Positions 42,696 to 51,164 of a stretch of DNA of 51,472 nucleotides are shown piece by piece. The stretch is from an uncultured Pseudomonadota bacterium. GTDB taxonomy: Bacteria; Babelota; Babeliae; Babelales; RVW-14. Where the stretch lies: assembly GCA_964519365.1 (NCBI GenBank), contig CAZFHP010000002.1:7527-58998 (forward strand), in the 5' to 3' direction. Under the pieces are notes generated by a model, which was not told the origin of the DNA, did no database searches, and saw only the letters and a program-made list of their open reading frames with translations. Both the position numbers and the translations under genes were made by a program. Position 1 is the stretch's first letter. Each line of letters begins with the position of its first letter.

Positions 42696-42889
42696 TGTTG
42701 GTTGCCAGATAGTGGTCCAAAAGGGAGTTTTGTAATTTCTGTAATAAAAGATTACGATTGGGAAATTTCTCTTTATCATAAACAAACTAAAGATTTAGAA
42801 ATGCTTGATACGTTTGTTGGGGAGTGTAGGATTTTAGATCATAGTGGAAATCTGAATTTTGTCTGAATATTACCGTTTTGTATTCATTT

Positions 42890-42918
42890 TTGAACATTTT
42901 TGATATTTGCAGTAAAGT
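42890..42918 (+). promoter_or_regulatory. Putative promoter TTGAAC-17-TAAAGT upstream of toxin 2 (conserved element, copy 1)
   Basis: The core TATTTGCAGTAAAGTA (42904-42919) recurs exactly at 44709-44724 with the same -35/-10 geometry. Confidence 0.4.
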
Positions 42919-42991
42919 AGCCTGTTGAGAAAGGGGGACAAAAGCTTGATTGCTTCAAATGTTATTTGTTGCATCTTCGTAGGAGTTCATA

Positions 42992-44209
42992 ATGCTTTAC
43001 AAAAAAACAATCCGATTTATATGTTTATGCTTGAGTCTTATTTTTTCTCATCTTGATCTATGCCGATCAAGTCTTCCTGCCGGGACTCAAATTGCAACTT
43101 CTAACGGGTTAGTTTCCGTCGAAATGCTAGGTGTCGGGGATAAGGTGTTGGGCTATGATCTTAACGAAACAGATCCCAATAAAAGAATAATAGAAGTTGC
43201 TGTAATAAATATCGATAAACATTTGGCGGATTCTATTTTTACTTTGTACACAACAGAAGGGGGCTGGGTTGAAGCTTCGCCGCAGCAGCTATTTTTTACT
43301 CTTGAGTCAACGGTTGGCCAAGCTGCGGATCAGGTAGGTAAGATTCTTGTTATGGATTTTGTTCAAGCGCAATACATAACAACAGATTATATGCTTATTG
43401 ACGAGCATTTGACCTGTGTTCCTATTACTAAAGCTGTAAGAACAGAACTAAGGACGACGTACCCGCAACAATATTCAGAAAAAATAAAGCGTAATAGACG
43501 GAATGAAATTACGTCTATAGAAAAGCGAATCGTTAACATTGATACGTATGCAATAGAAGTAGAAGAGCCACATATACTCTTGATTTCTGATCGATCATGT
43601 GATAAAACAACCAGCAAGCCTCGTTTATTGTTAACGCATAACGGTATCCCTGCGCTTGCTGTTGGGGTGTCATTAGCCTTTGGATCAACCCCAGCGTCAC
43701 TTTCTTTGGCTGGAGTATCAGCAAGTGTTGGGGGGTTGGGAGTTACTTTGGGTCCTGTGGGAGTTGCGCTTGGAGTTGCAACGGGCTTAGGATTGTTGGG
43801 ATATCAACTTTTTAAAGGCAATAAGAAACAAGAGACGTCTTTTTATATTGAGCGTTCGAGTTCAGGTGGACCAGGTGGATTGGATCCTAAAGATCCTAAA
43901 GATGATGAAGATGATGCCTCAATTAAAAGTTTGATAAAAGCGAAGCACTTGCCAACAGATGGTAAAATTAGATATGTCCCTCCTAAAGGCTTAAAACCAG
44001 CAGAAGGTTTGCCTCAAGCGAGAATTGGGAATGATAAGGCATTCATAGATAGGTTTGGTAATAAATGGCTAAAAGGGCCTTCGCGGACAATGGATGAACC
44101 ATTTGAGTGGGATGTTCAATTATCAAATCAAGGAAGAACACAACTAGGATGGGCATCTAAGAATGGTAATTATATTAATGTGAGTTTAAAAGGAAGGATT
44201 ACGCATTAA
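42992..44209 (+). CDS. Polymorphic toxin 2: same signal peptide, Hint and glycine-zipper chassis, different C-terminal domain
   Basis: An AGGAG SD is present. The Hint opens SLPAGTQIATSNGLVSVEMLGVGDKVLGYD. Nucleotides 43346-43857 are nearly identical to toxin 1. The unique C-terminus contains FIDRFGNKWLKGP..PFEWDVQLS..GNYINVSLKGRITH. Confidence 0.8.
   Translation: MLYKKTIRFICLCLSLIFSHLDLCRSSLPAGTQIATSNGLVSVEMLGVGDKVLGYDLNETDPNKRIIEVAVINIDKHLADSIFTLYTTEGGWVEASPQQLFFTLESTVGQAADQVGKILVMDFVQAQYITTDYMLIDEHLTCVPITKAVRTELRTTYPQQYSEKIKRNRRNEITSIEKRIVNIDTYAIEVEEPHILLISDRSCDKTTSKPRLLLTHNGIPALAVGVSLAFGSTPASLSLAGVSASVGGLGVTLGPVGVALGVATGLGLLGYQLFKGNKKQETSFYIERSSSGGPGGLDPKDPKDDEDDASIKSLIKAKHLPTDGKIRYVPPKGLKPAEGLPQARIGNDKAFIDRFGNKWLKGPSRTMDEPFEWDVQLSNQGRTQLGWASKNGNYINVSLKGRITH
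43346..43857 (+). repeat. 512-bp near-identical direct repeat, copy 2 (inside toxin 2)
   Basis: See copy 1. Confidence 0.95.
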
Positions 44210-44227
44210 TAATTTAGGATTTTACTT

Positions 44228-44581
44228 ATGAAAAAAGAACCGTTGATCGTAATTAAGTTAATGATAAGAAATTATACCGATCAGTTATCTCAAGAGATTC
44301 TTGGGCAAGCAAAAGCGTTGCTTTTTCAAAAATATCCAAAGATAGAGATTGAGCTTTTGAACACTGAAAAATACTGGAAAATTCCAGAACTAACGATTTG
44401 TTATGTGGGAATTTATTATGAAAATGCGATTTCTATCACGGATGTTTTAAGTTGTTTGACGAAGTCAAATTTTTGGCATGAAAAAGATAAACTTGAAGAA
44501 GAATCTGTATGGGATTTGCGAATACACCAAGGGATTTTGATAAACAAAAATGTTGAATGGGCACATGTTTATACTTGGTGA
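44228..44581 (+). CDS. Putative immunity protein 2 (117 aa)
   Basis: It starts 18 nt after the toxin 2 stop, has no signal peptide and is unrelated to immunity 1a/1b. This mirrors the unrelated toxin C-termini. Confidence 0.55.
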   Translation: MKKEPLIVIKLMIRNYTDQLSQEILGQAKALLFQKYPKIEIELLNTEKYWKIPELTICYVGIYYENAISITDVLSCLTKSNFWHEKDKLEEESVWDLRIHQGILINKNVEWAHVYTW

Positions 44582-44694
44582 CGTTATCATAAGAAAACTA
44601 AAAAATTAGAGAGTGCATTGTAATGGTGAAGAAATTTCTTCTGGGGAAATTATAGGGATTTTTTTTAGCTTTTATTTGTTTCGGTTTTATTTTT

Positions 44695-44723
44695 TTGAGT
44701 CACTTTGGTATTTGCAGTAAAGT
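44695..44723 (+). promoter_or_regulatory. Putative promoter TTGAGT-17-TAAAGT upstream of the ankyrin gene (conserved element, copy 2)
   Basis: It has the same 16-nt core and spacing as 42890-42918. A second shared block (AAGCTT.ATTG.TC.TGAAAT-like) follows in both copies. Confidence 0.4.
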
Positions 44724-44844
44724 ATTTTTTTAGGCAAGCTTATTGATCTTGAAATTGTTGAGCTATTGATTTGATTGTGCTTTCACGTGTATCATAAAAA
44801 AAATAGGACTGCTGTATCTTTCGGGTTTGCTTTTGGGGGATGTT

Positions 44845-45756
44845 ATGAGGGGGATTTTTAAGTTTATTTTGGGGGTTTTAGTTGTTGTTAAATTTTTTTG
44901 TTGTGATTTTTGTCAGGGAATGAAGATCGTAAGTGATGTTAAAGCGATTGAAAAGAGTGATTCAGAAATAGCTCGATGCTTTCTTAATGCTTTGAAAAGA
45001 AATGATGCTGATGGAGCCATAAAGCTTATTAAGAGTAATCCTGAGATGGTTAGCGAGGGTATTTTCGGAGAGCTTACCCCATTGCATTGTGTTGCATTAG
45101 AAAAGATTGTTGGGATTGATTGTGTTGGGGCAAAGAAAATAACAAGGGCTCTTGTTTTGTTAGGTGCTGATATTAATGCACGTGTAGGTTTTTTGGGTTT
45201 AACAAAAGGGTTGACGCCATTGTGTATTGCCGCGGGTATGGGGAATGTTGATTTGACGTTATTTTTTATTGAGCTTGGTGCGAAAGTTAATGCATTAAGA
45301 GTTGATAATTTGACGCCATTGCATTGCGCTGTAGAGAGGGAAGATATCCTAACAGCATTCTTGCTTATTTGTGCGGGTGCGAATATTTATGCTCAAACAA
45401 AAGGAGTGTATCCATTTTTATTTTCTAGAAATAGATATCGATTGCGAGATTCAAGGTTAACGGCATTACATCTTGCCGCATGGTTAGGGCGAACGAGTGC
45501 TGTTTCACAGTTGTTATCTGCAGATAAAAATAAAAGAAGAGCCTTGATGGCAAATGATCCGATACAAATGCGCCCATTAAAAGATTGGAAAACTAATTAC
45601 GGGAATACGTCTGCGGGATTGGCTTCACTTCGAAATCATGAACACGTTTTAAGGCTTCTTGGTAATGTGAGGGGTGATATCGTTGTTAATAAAACAAAAA
45701 ATAAGAAAACAAAAAATAAAAAGAAAAAGAAACGGAAGAAGAAAAACAAGAGGTGA
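44845..45756 (+). CDS. Ankyrin-repeat protein with N-terminal signal peptide and polybasic C-terminal tail
   Basis: The start is taken at ATG 44845 (MRGIFKFILGVLVVVKFF). At least four ANK-like units are present (LTPLHCVA, LTPLCIAAGMGNVDLTLFFIELGAKVNA, LTPLHCAVERED, LTALHLAAWLGR). The tail reads KTKNKKTKNKKKKKRKKKNKR. Confidence 0.85.
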   Translation: MRGIFKFILGVLVVVKFFCCDFCQGMKIVSDVKAIEKSDSEIARCFLNALKRNDADGAIKLIKSNPEMVSEGIFGELTPLHCVALEKIVGIDCVGAKKITRALVLLGADINARVGFLGLTKGLTPLCIAAGMGNVDLTLFFIELGAKVNALRVDNLTPLHCAVEREDILTAFLLICAGANIYAQTKGVYPFLFSRNRYRLRDSRLTALHLAAWLGRTSAVSQLLSADKNKRRALMANDPIQMRPLKDWKTNYGNTSAGLASLRNHEHVLRLLGNVRGDIVVNKTKNKKTKNKKKKKRKKKNKR

Positions 45757-45779
45757 CGTTTAGATAAACGTAACCTCTT
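45748..45779. terminator. Hairpin between convergent ank and ndk-paralogue genes
   Basis: The sequence is AAGAGGT-g-ACGTTT-aga-t-AAACGT-a-ACCTCTT, a nested inverted repeat spanning the ank stop codon. Confidence 0.5.
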
Positions 45780-45786
45780 GGATCTG

Positions 45787-46308
45787 TTAACTATGGTAAT
45801 TTAGGGGTAACTCAGGAAAGAAAAAGTTAATTTCTGTTGCCGCAGTTTCAGGAGCATCTGAACCATGGACGGCGTTTTGTGTGTAGCTTGCGGCATAAAG
45901 CTTTCGTAATGTATTTGGAGCGGCTTTAGCTGGGTTTGTTGCGCCCATTAAATCACGCCATGTTTTTATAGCGTTTTCTTTTTCTAAGACCATAGCGATG
46001 ATAGGTCCTGATGTTATGAATTTTACGAGATTTTTAAAAAATGGTTTGCCCTTATGTACACCGTAGAATTTTTCAGCACGGATTTTTGAGAGCATTGTCT
46101 TTTTCATGGCAACTATAGTAAAACCTTCTTGTTCAATGCGATCGATAATTTTACCTGTATTTTTATCTTTAACGGCATTAGGTTTGATCATGGCAAACGT
46201 ATGATTTGTTTGTTGTGTCGTGTTTGTTTTGTTTGTTAGGCATGAAGAGAAAAGTATTAAGCATATGCTTAACGAGAGAAGAAGAAAGTTGCGAATTTTT
46301 GTGATCAT
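45787..46308 (-). CDS. Nucleoside diphosphate kinase paralogue with N-terminal signal peptide (possible lipoprotein)
   Basis: A full NDK core is present (AMIKPNAV, catalytic NAVHGSD). It is preceded by a 37-aa extension MITKIRNFLLLSLSICLILFSSC... Confidence 0.85.
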   Translation of the reverse strand: MITKIRNFLLLSLSICLILFSSCLTNKTNTTQQTNHTFAMIKPNAVKDKNTGKIIDRIEQEGFTIVAMKKTMLSKIRAEKFYGVHKGKPFFKNLVKFITSGPIIAMVLEKENAIKTWRDLMGATNPAKAAPNTLRKLYAASYTQNAVHGSDAPETAATEINFFFPELPLNYHS

Positions 46309-46363
46309 GAGAAATTTCCTGATTGGTTAGATTTGATTATTGGTTTAATTGACTATAAAGCTT

Positions 46364-46412
46364 AAGAAGGGTCGTTGCTTTTGTGTAGGCAACGACCCTT
46401 CTTGTTTTTTTT
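46364..46412. terminator. 15-bp perfect inverted repeat between the two ndk genes
   Basis: The arms are AAGAAGGGTCGTTGC and GCAACGACCCTTCTT with a 10-nt loop. The T-run lies on the plus-strand side only. Confidence 0.6.
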
Positions 46413-46431
46413 CTTTCTGATGTTTATGTAT

Positions 46432-46839
46432 TTATGTTAATTCAGGAAAGAAGAAGTTAATTTCACACACAGCTGTTTCTGGCGAATCAGAACCGTGTGT
46501 TGCATTTTCTGTAAAGCTTGCTGCATAGAGCTTGCGCAATGTATTTTCAGCGGCTTTTTCAGGGTTTGTTGCACCCATTAAATCGCGCCATGCTTGAATG
46601 GCATTTTCTTTTTCTAAAACCATAACGAAAATTGGCCCTGATGACATAAATGTTACGAGTTCTCCAAAGAAAGGCTTACCTTTGTGTATTGCATAAAAGT
46701 CTTGTGCTCGCTCACTTGTCAGGTGAAGCTTTTTAATTGTGACAATATTAAAGCCTTCTTGTTCAATACGATCAATGATCTTGCCCGTATTTTTGTCGTT
46801 TACGGCGTTTGGTTTAATTATTGCTAATGTTCGTTCCAT
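46432..46839 (-). CDS. ndk: Nucleoside diphosphate kinase
   Basis: The 135-aa ORF has the motifs [22 protein letters not shown] and NATHGSDS. Confidence 0.95.
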   Translation of the reverse strand: MERTLAIIKPNAVNDKNTGKIIDRIEQEGFNIVTIKKLHLTSERAQDFYAIHKGKPFFGELVTFMSSGPIFVMVLEKENAIQAWRDLMGATNPEKAAENTLRKLYAASFTENATHGSDSPETAVCEINFFFPELT

Positions 46840-46841
46840 TT

Positions 46842-48659
46842 TTACTTGCTTTCTTTATCGTTTTGTTTTTGTATGTGTTCTTCTAATGCCTGTTGCAAAG
46901 AGCTCTTTGGTGATTTTGGTTGTTTGAATTGTTCTGGTTTCTTTAGGTGTGGTTTTTTAGTTTCTTTTGCTTCGGCTTTTTCTACTGCTTTAGGAGTTTC
47001 TTCTGCGGGAGTTTGTTTTTTCTCGGGCTTTAAACTTAAGCCAAGCTTACGTTCTTCAGGGCTTACTTTGATAACCCTAAACTCTTTGGTTTCGCCAACT
47101 TTAAGAATGTCTTCAACTTTACTGATTTCTTTATCAGAAAGTTCGGATATGTGTACAAGACCTTCTATTCCTGTTGGAAGTTTTACGAATGCTCCAAACG
47201 TAGTGATTTTTGAAACAGTTCCTTCAACCATGCTACCAATAGAATATTGGCTTGCAATGTCTTCCCAAGGGTCTTTTTCTAGTTGTTTAATACCAAGTGA
47301 GATTTTTCTATTAGCGACGTCAATAGCCAAGATAATAGCTTTGAGCTCATCGCTTTTTTTATATCGTTCGCTTGGATGTGTGACATGATCTGTCCATGAT
47401 ATATCTGAAATATGGATAAGCCCATCAACGCCATCGAATACCTGAACAAAAAGGCCAAAATCAGTGATATTACTGATTGTTCCTGTAATGATATCGCCAA
47501 CATTGAATTTTTCAGCGACAGCTTTCCATGGATCTTCTTGTAGTTGTTTGATACTCAGAGACATTCGTCTGTTATCTTTATCTAATGCAACTACGACGGC
47601 TTCGAGCTTATCTCCTATTGCATAGTGCTTAGATAAATTGTTGATACGTTCTGTCCATGAAATTTCTGAGATGTGAATAAGCCCTTCGACGCCTTTTTCA
47701 ACTTCAATAAAGAGTCCATAATCAGCGATACTAGAGACGCGGCCTTCGACTTTTTGGCCGATAGGGTATTTTTCTTCAACCTGTTCCCAAGGGTTTTCAC
47801 TCAATTGTTTCATGCCCAAAGAAATTTTCTCATGCATTTTGTCAAAAGAAATAACTTTAACAGTAATTGTATCGCCTATTTTGACGAGTTCACTAGGGTG
47901 AGAGATTCGTCCCCATGACATATCTGTGATATGAAGGAGTCCGTCGATTCCGCCAACGTCAACAAAGACGCCATAACTCGTGATATTTTTAACCGCTCCT
48001 TGAAGTACTTGGTCTTCGGCAATTGTTTCAAGTGCTTTCTTTTTATCTTCAAAACGTTGTTCTTCGATGTATTTTCTGCGTGAGATGATGATATTTCCAC
48101 GCTTTTTATTTACTTTGAGTATTTTGCAAACAACTTCTTGACCGACAAACTGATCAAAATCAGTAACACGTTGAACATCTATTTGAGAGCCGGGCAAAAA
48201 TGCTGGAATGCCGACGTCTACGCTCAGGCCACCTTTTACTTTGTGGGTTACAACACCCCGAACCGGTTTATCTTCTGCTGCAAGATCGGTGATAGAGTTC
48301 CAGGCCTTAAGTGCTTTTGCTTTTTGATATGAAAGAACAACAACCCCATTTTCGTCTTCTAAACGATCAAGAAGAACATCTATTTCTGAGTTTGGAGCAA
48401 GTTCTTGAAGCTCATAATGGGTAAATTCATAATTTGGAATGAGGCCGTCTGATTTGTAGTCGATCCCGACTAATACGCCAGAGCCATCTTTGTTTATAAT
48501 TTTTCCGGTGATAACTTTACCAACTTGAAATTTGTTCGAAATATCTTCATAGAGTTGGTTAAGTTCGTTTTGTTGTGTATCACTAAGTTGAAATTCTTCT
48601 TCAATCAGTTCTGCGCTTAATCGTGTAGAAAGCTTGTATTTGGAGCTTTGTTCTGTCAT
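46842..48659 (-). CDS. rpsA: 30S ribosomal protein S1
   Basis: The 605-aa ORF has six S1 repeats (G..V.G.V......G.FV....GV.GL.HIS..S) and a Lys/Glu-rich tail. Confidence 0.95.
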   Translation of the reverse strand: MTEQSSKYKLSTRLSAELIEEEFQLSDTQQNELNQLYEDISNKFQVGKVITGKIINKDGSGVLVGIDYKSDGLIPNYEFTHYELQELAPNSEIDVLLDRLEDENGVVVLSYQKAKALKAWNSITDLAAEDKPVRGVVTHKVKGGLSVDVGIPAFLPGSQIDVQRVTDFDQFVGQEVVCKILKVNKKRGNIIISRRKYIEEQRFEDKKKALETIAEDQVLQGAVKNITSYGVFVDVGGIDGLLHITDMSWGRISHPSELVKIGDTITVKVISFDKMHEKISLGMKQLSENPWEQVEEKYPIGQKVEGRVSSIADYGLFIEVEKGVEGLIHISEISWTERINNLSKHYAIGDKLEAVVVALDKDNRRMSLSIKQLQEDPWKAVAEKFNVGDIITGTISNITDFGLFVQVFDGVDGLIHISDISWTDHVTHPSERYKKSDELKAIILAIDVANRKISLGIKQLEKDPWEDIASQYSIGSMVEGTVSKITTFGAFVKLPTGIEGLVHISELSDKEISKVEDILKVGETKEFRVIKVSPEERKLGLSLKPEKKQTPAEETPKAVEKAEAKETKKPHLKKPEQFKQPKSPKSSLQQALEEHIQKQNDKESK

Positions 48660-48769
48660 GAATGAATCCTTGGCACGCGAATCGTACCACTGTTAAAAGG
48701 TTAATGATAATTATTACACATCTTACATTTTTAATTGTATTCCCCCAAAGAATAGCAAAAAAATGGAGA

Positions 48770-49714
48770 TCAAGCAATTTTTCCTGTTATTTCGAAATTG
48801 TAAACTTTTTTTGACGTCTTGATTAATTTTTTAAGAGCCAAGTTTTTTATTAATTGCTTCTGATAGAGCTTTTTGATGAATTGTGTCGGAGATTGTGTGT
48901 CATGAGTATTACCTGTTAGTTTAATAATTTTATGTTTGTTTTTTGTGTGGGGTTTTATATCTATATTTGTAAGCCAAGTATCATCGGGTATTGTTTCAGC
49001 CATTGTTGTAAGTATATGTGCCATATTGTTGGTTTTATCTTTTATTTCTCTTAAGTGTATAATTTTTTGTGTTATTTGCTTTGATTCTTCTTGTATAGCA
49101 TGTAGTGCTTTTACTTTTTTTTCTTGTTTTTTTACCAGCGGTTGCAAAGCTTTGTGCTTTTGGTCAAGAGTATTTCTGTTTTGTTTGAGCTTCGTGCTTA
49201 TTGTATTAAGAGCTAAGCAAAAAAACAGGAGAAATCCTGCGGTACATGTCAGCCAGCTAATGGGGGAGTTTTGGTTGTATTTTTTAAAAACACTCAAAAA
49301 GTCTTTTTGCTGTGATAACTCATGTATATTTATTGTTTTGTTTGTTTCGTTAAATAACGTATGTGTAATAAGAGCTTCTATTTGTATGGGTGCTTTTGCA
49401 ATACACAGGCTTACTTGGAGCGTTGCTAAGCGCTGTGTGTATAAATTTTTGGTTGAAAGCTCTGGCATAGAGACGTATGTTTTGGGTTTGCGTAACGTGT
49501 GTGTGTTTAGAAATTTATGTATGTGCTTTTGTATTGCTGTTGGGTTAAAGATAAGCCCACGATTAACTTCAAGATTATCAAGGGCAATAATAGCTTGTTT
49601 TTTTATGTGATAGTTTTTAACAAAACGTTTGAGTAAAAAAAGTTTGAGATGGTTATTTGTTATTTCGATGTACAAGATTTTTTTGTGCATGAAATTAAAC
49701 ATCATAGTTACCAA
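48770..49714 (-). CDS. Hypothetical membrane protein, possibly a degenerate PilM-N / PilN-like type IV pilus assembly fusion
   Basis: A central TM (ISWLTCTAGFLLFFCLAL) is followed by a coiled coil and DDTWLTNIDI...IKLTGNT, as in PilN. The N-terminal ~90 aa resemble the start of PilM. The assignment is weak. Confidence 0.3.
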   Translation of the reverse strand: MVTMMFNFMHKKILYIEITNNHLKLFLLKRFVKNYHIKKQAIIALDNLEVNRGLIFNPTAIQKHIHKFLNTHTLRKPKTYVSMPELSTKNLYTQRLATLQVSLCIAKAPIQIEALITHTLFNETNKTINIHELSQQKDFLSVFKKYNQNSPISWLTCTAGFLLFFCLALNTISTKLKQNRNTLDQKHKALQPLVKKQEKKVKALHAIQEESKQITQKIIHLREIKDKTNNMAHILTTMAETIPDDTWLTNIDIKPHTKNKHKIIKLTGNTHDTQSPTQFIKKLYQKQLIKNLALKKLIKTSKKVYNFEITGKIA

Positions 49715-49735
49715 CGTTCTTAATAGGTTAAAGCG

Positions 49736-50875
49736 TTATAATTTAAACGTTTGCAAAAGTTTCGGGTCAATATTTTGCGTGTGTTTTTTTAGTTCGTCAT
49801 GAGTTAACAGGCCTTTTTTTGCCCCAAGATATTGTAATACGTTTGCGCTATTGGAGATACCGTTTTTAAGAGCATCTTTGAGTGAATACTTTAATAAGAT
49901 GCTTGCAACAAAGCATGAACCAAATGAATCGCCAGCTCCGACGGTATCGATAACAGATATCGGGAGGCTTGGGTGAAAAAGTATTTCTTCTTGTGTTGCT
50001 ACGTAAACGCCATTGGAGCCATTTGTTACGACAATAATTTTAGGACCCATTTTAAGCATTTCTTTAAAAAACTGGCGAATACTAAACGATAAGTTTTCAC
50101 ATGCTATAGGGTTATCAATAAGATATGGTTTGCGTTCGTGGCATGATGGTTCAAGAGAAAGATCTATTGGGCACGCTCGTGTTTTTGGGCTAAAAGCAAA
50201 TGCTTTTTTATATGTATCGTCTGTTTCGGCGAGTGTTAACATAAAAGTTTTAGCTTCGGAGTAGTTAAGAATAAAAATATCTATGTATGGTAGGGCTTCT
50301 TTGAGCGTTTTGATTCCTTTTTTGAGTTGGCTTGATCCTGGGTTTATTGCGACAGGGACATTGTTTTTATGAGCATGTTGGGCGATATCTGGAAGAATAT
50401 AAGCTGCATCGTTACTAAGGGACGTTATATAAAGATGATCATAGTTTTTTATTTGCTCTAGAGGAATTTGTGTATTTCCCAGAAGAATATTTGCGCCCCT
50501 GTATGCAAAGATGGTTCGCTCACTACTTAGAGACTTTATCATGAACGATGTTCCTGTGTGTAACGTGTTTGTTTTTGTAATAAGACCTGTGTTGATATTA
50601 TTTTTTGTAAGCATTGTCAGAATTGTTTTACCAGCTTCATCTGTGCCTAGGTTACAAAAGCAGCTGGTGTTAAAGCCGAGTCGATTAAAAGAGACGGCTG
50701 TGTTTGTAGAGCCGCCGCCTGTAAGATAGGTGATATTGTCTATGTCTATTTTTTCTCCTGATTCAAAAAGAAGGTAATTAATGGATGTATCTTTTTTGAT
50801 GAGAGTCATAAAGTCTGTTCCTGTGTAATTTAAAAAGATGTCTTGAGTTGCTCCACCAATTGTTAAGATTTTCAT
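49736..50875 (-). CDS. PfkB-family carbohydrate/nucleoside kinase (ribokinase-like)
   Basis: The start is taken at MKILTIGGA. The motifs are GGGSTNTAVSF and the C-terminal ATP/anion-hole motif DTVGAGDSFGSCF. Confidence 0.85.
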   Translation of the reverse strand: MKILTIGGATQDIFLNYTGTDFMTLIKKDTSINYLLFESGEKIDIDNITYLTGGGSTNTAVSFNRLGFNTSCFCNLGTDEAGKTILTMLTKNNINTGLITKTNTLHTGTSFMIKSLSSERTIFAYRGANILLGNTQIPLEQIKNYDHLYITSLSNDAAYILPDIAQHAHKNNVPVAINPGSSQLKKGIKTLKEALPYIDIFILNYSEAKTFMLTLAETDDTYKKAFAFSPKTRACPIDLSLEPSCHERKPYLIDNPIACENLSFSIRQFFKEMLKMGPKIIVVTNGSNGVYVATQEEILFHPSLPISVIDTVGAGDSFGSCFVASILLKYSLKDALKNGISNSANVLQYLGAKKGLLTHDELKKHTQNIDPKLLQTFKL

Positions 50876-51164
50876 TGATTTCCCCATTATTACTTTTTTG
50901 TGATTTATTTCATTTATTATTTTGTACGATTTTATAGTATGGCGACAAGATTTATAATGCAATGATATTGAGATATTTTGAGTGATTATGATAGGAGCAG
51001 CTGTTTTTTAGCACAAAAAAAAATATTATTGTGGTCTTTTCGTTGGTTGGGCGTGATTTTGCAAAAGCTTAAATAGATGGGCGTTTTGAACGCCTAGGGC
51101 TATTAATTTTAGAATAGTCGGAATAAGCTTTTTAAGACTTTGATAAATTTTTTTCAGAAAAAGC

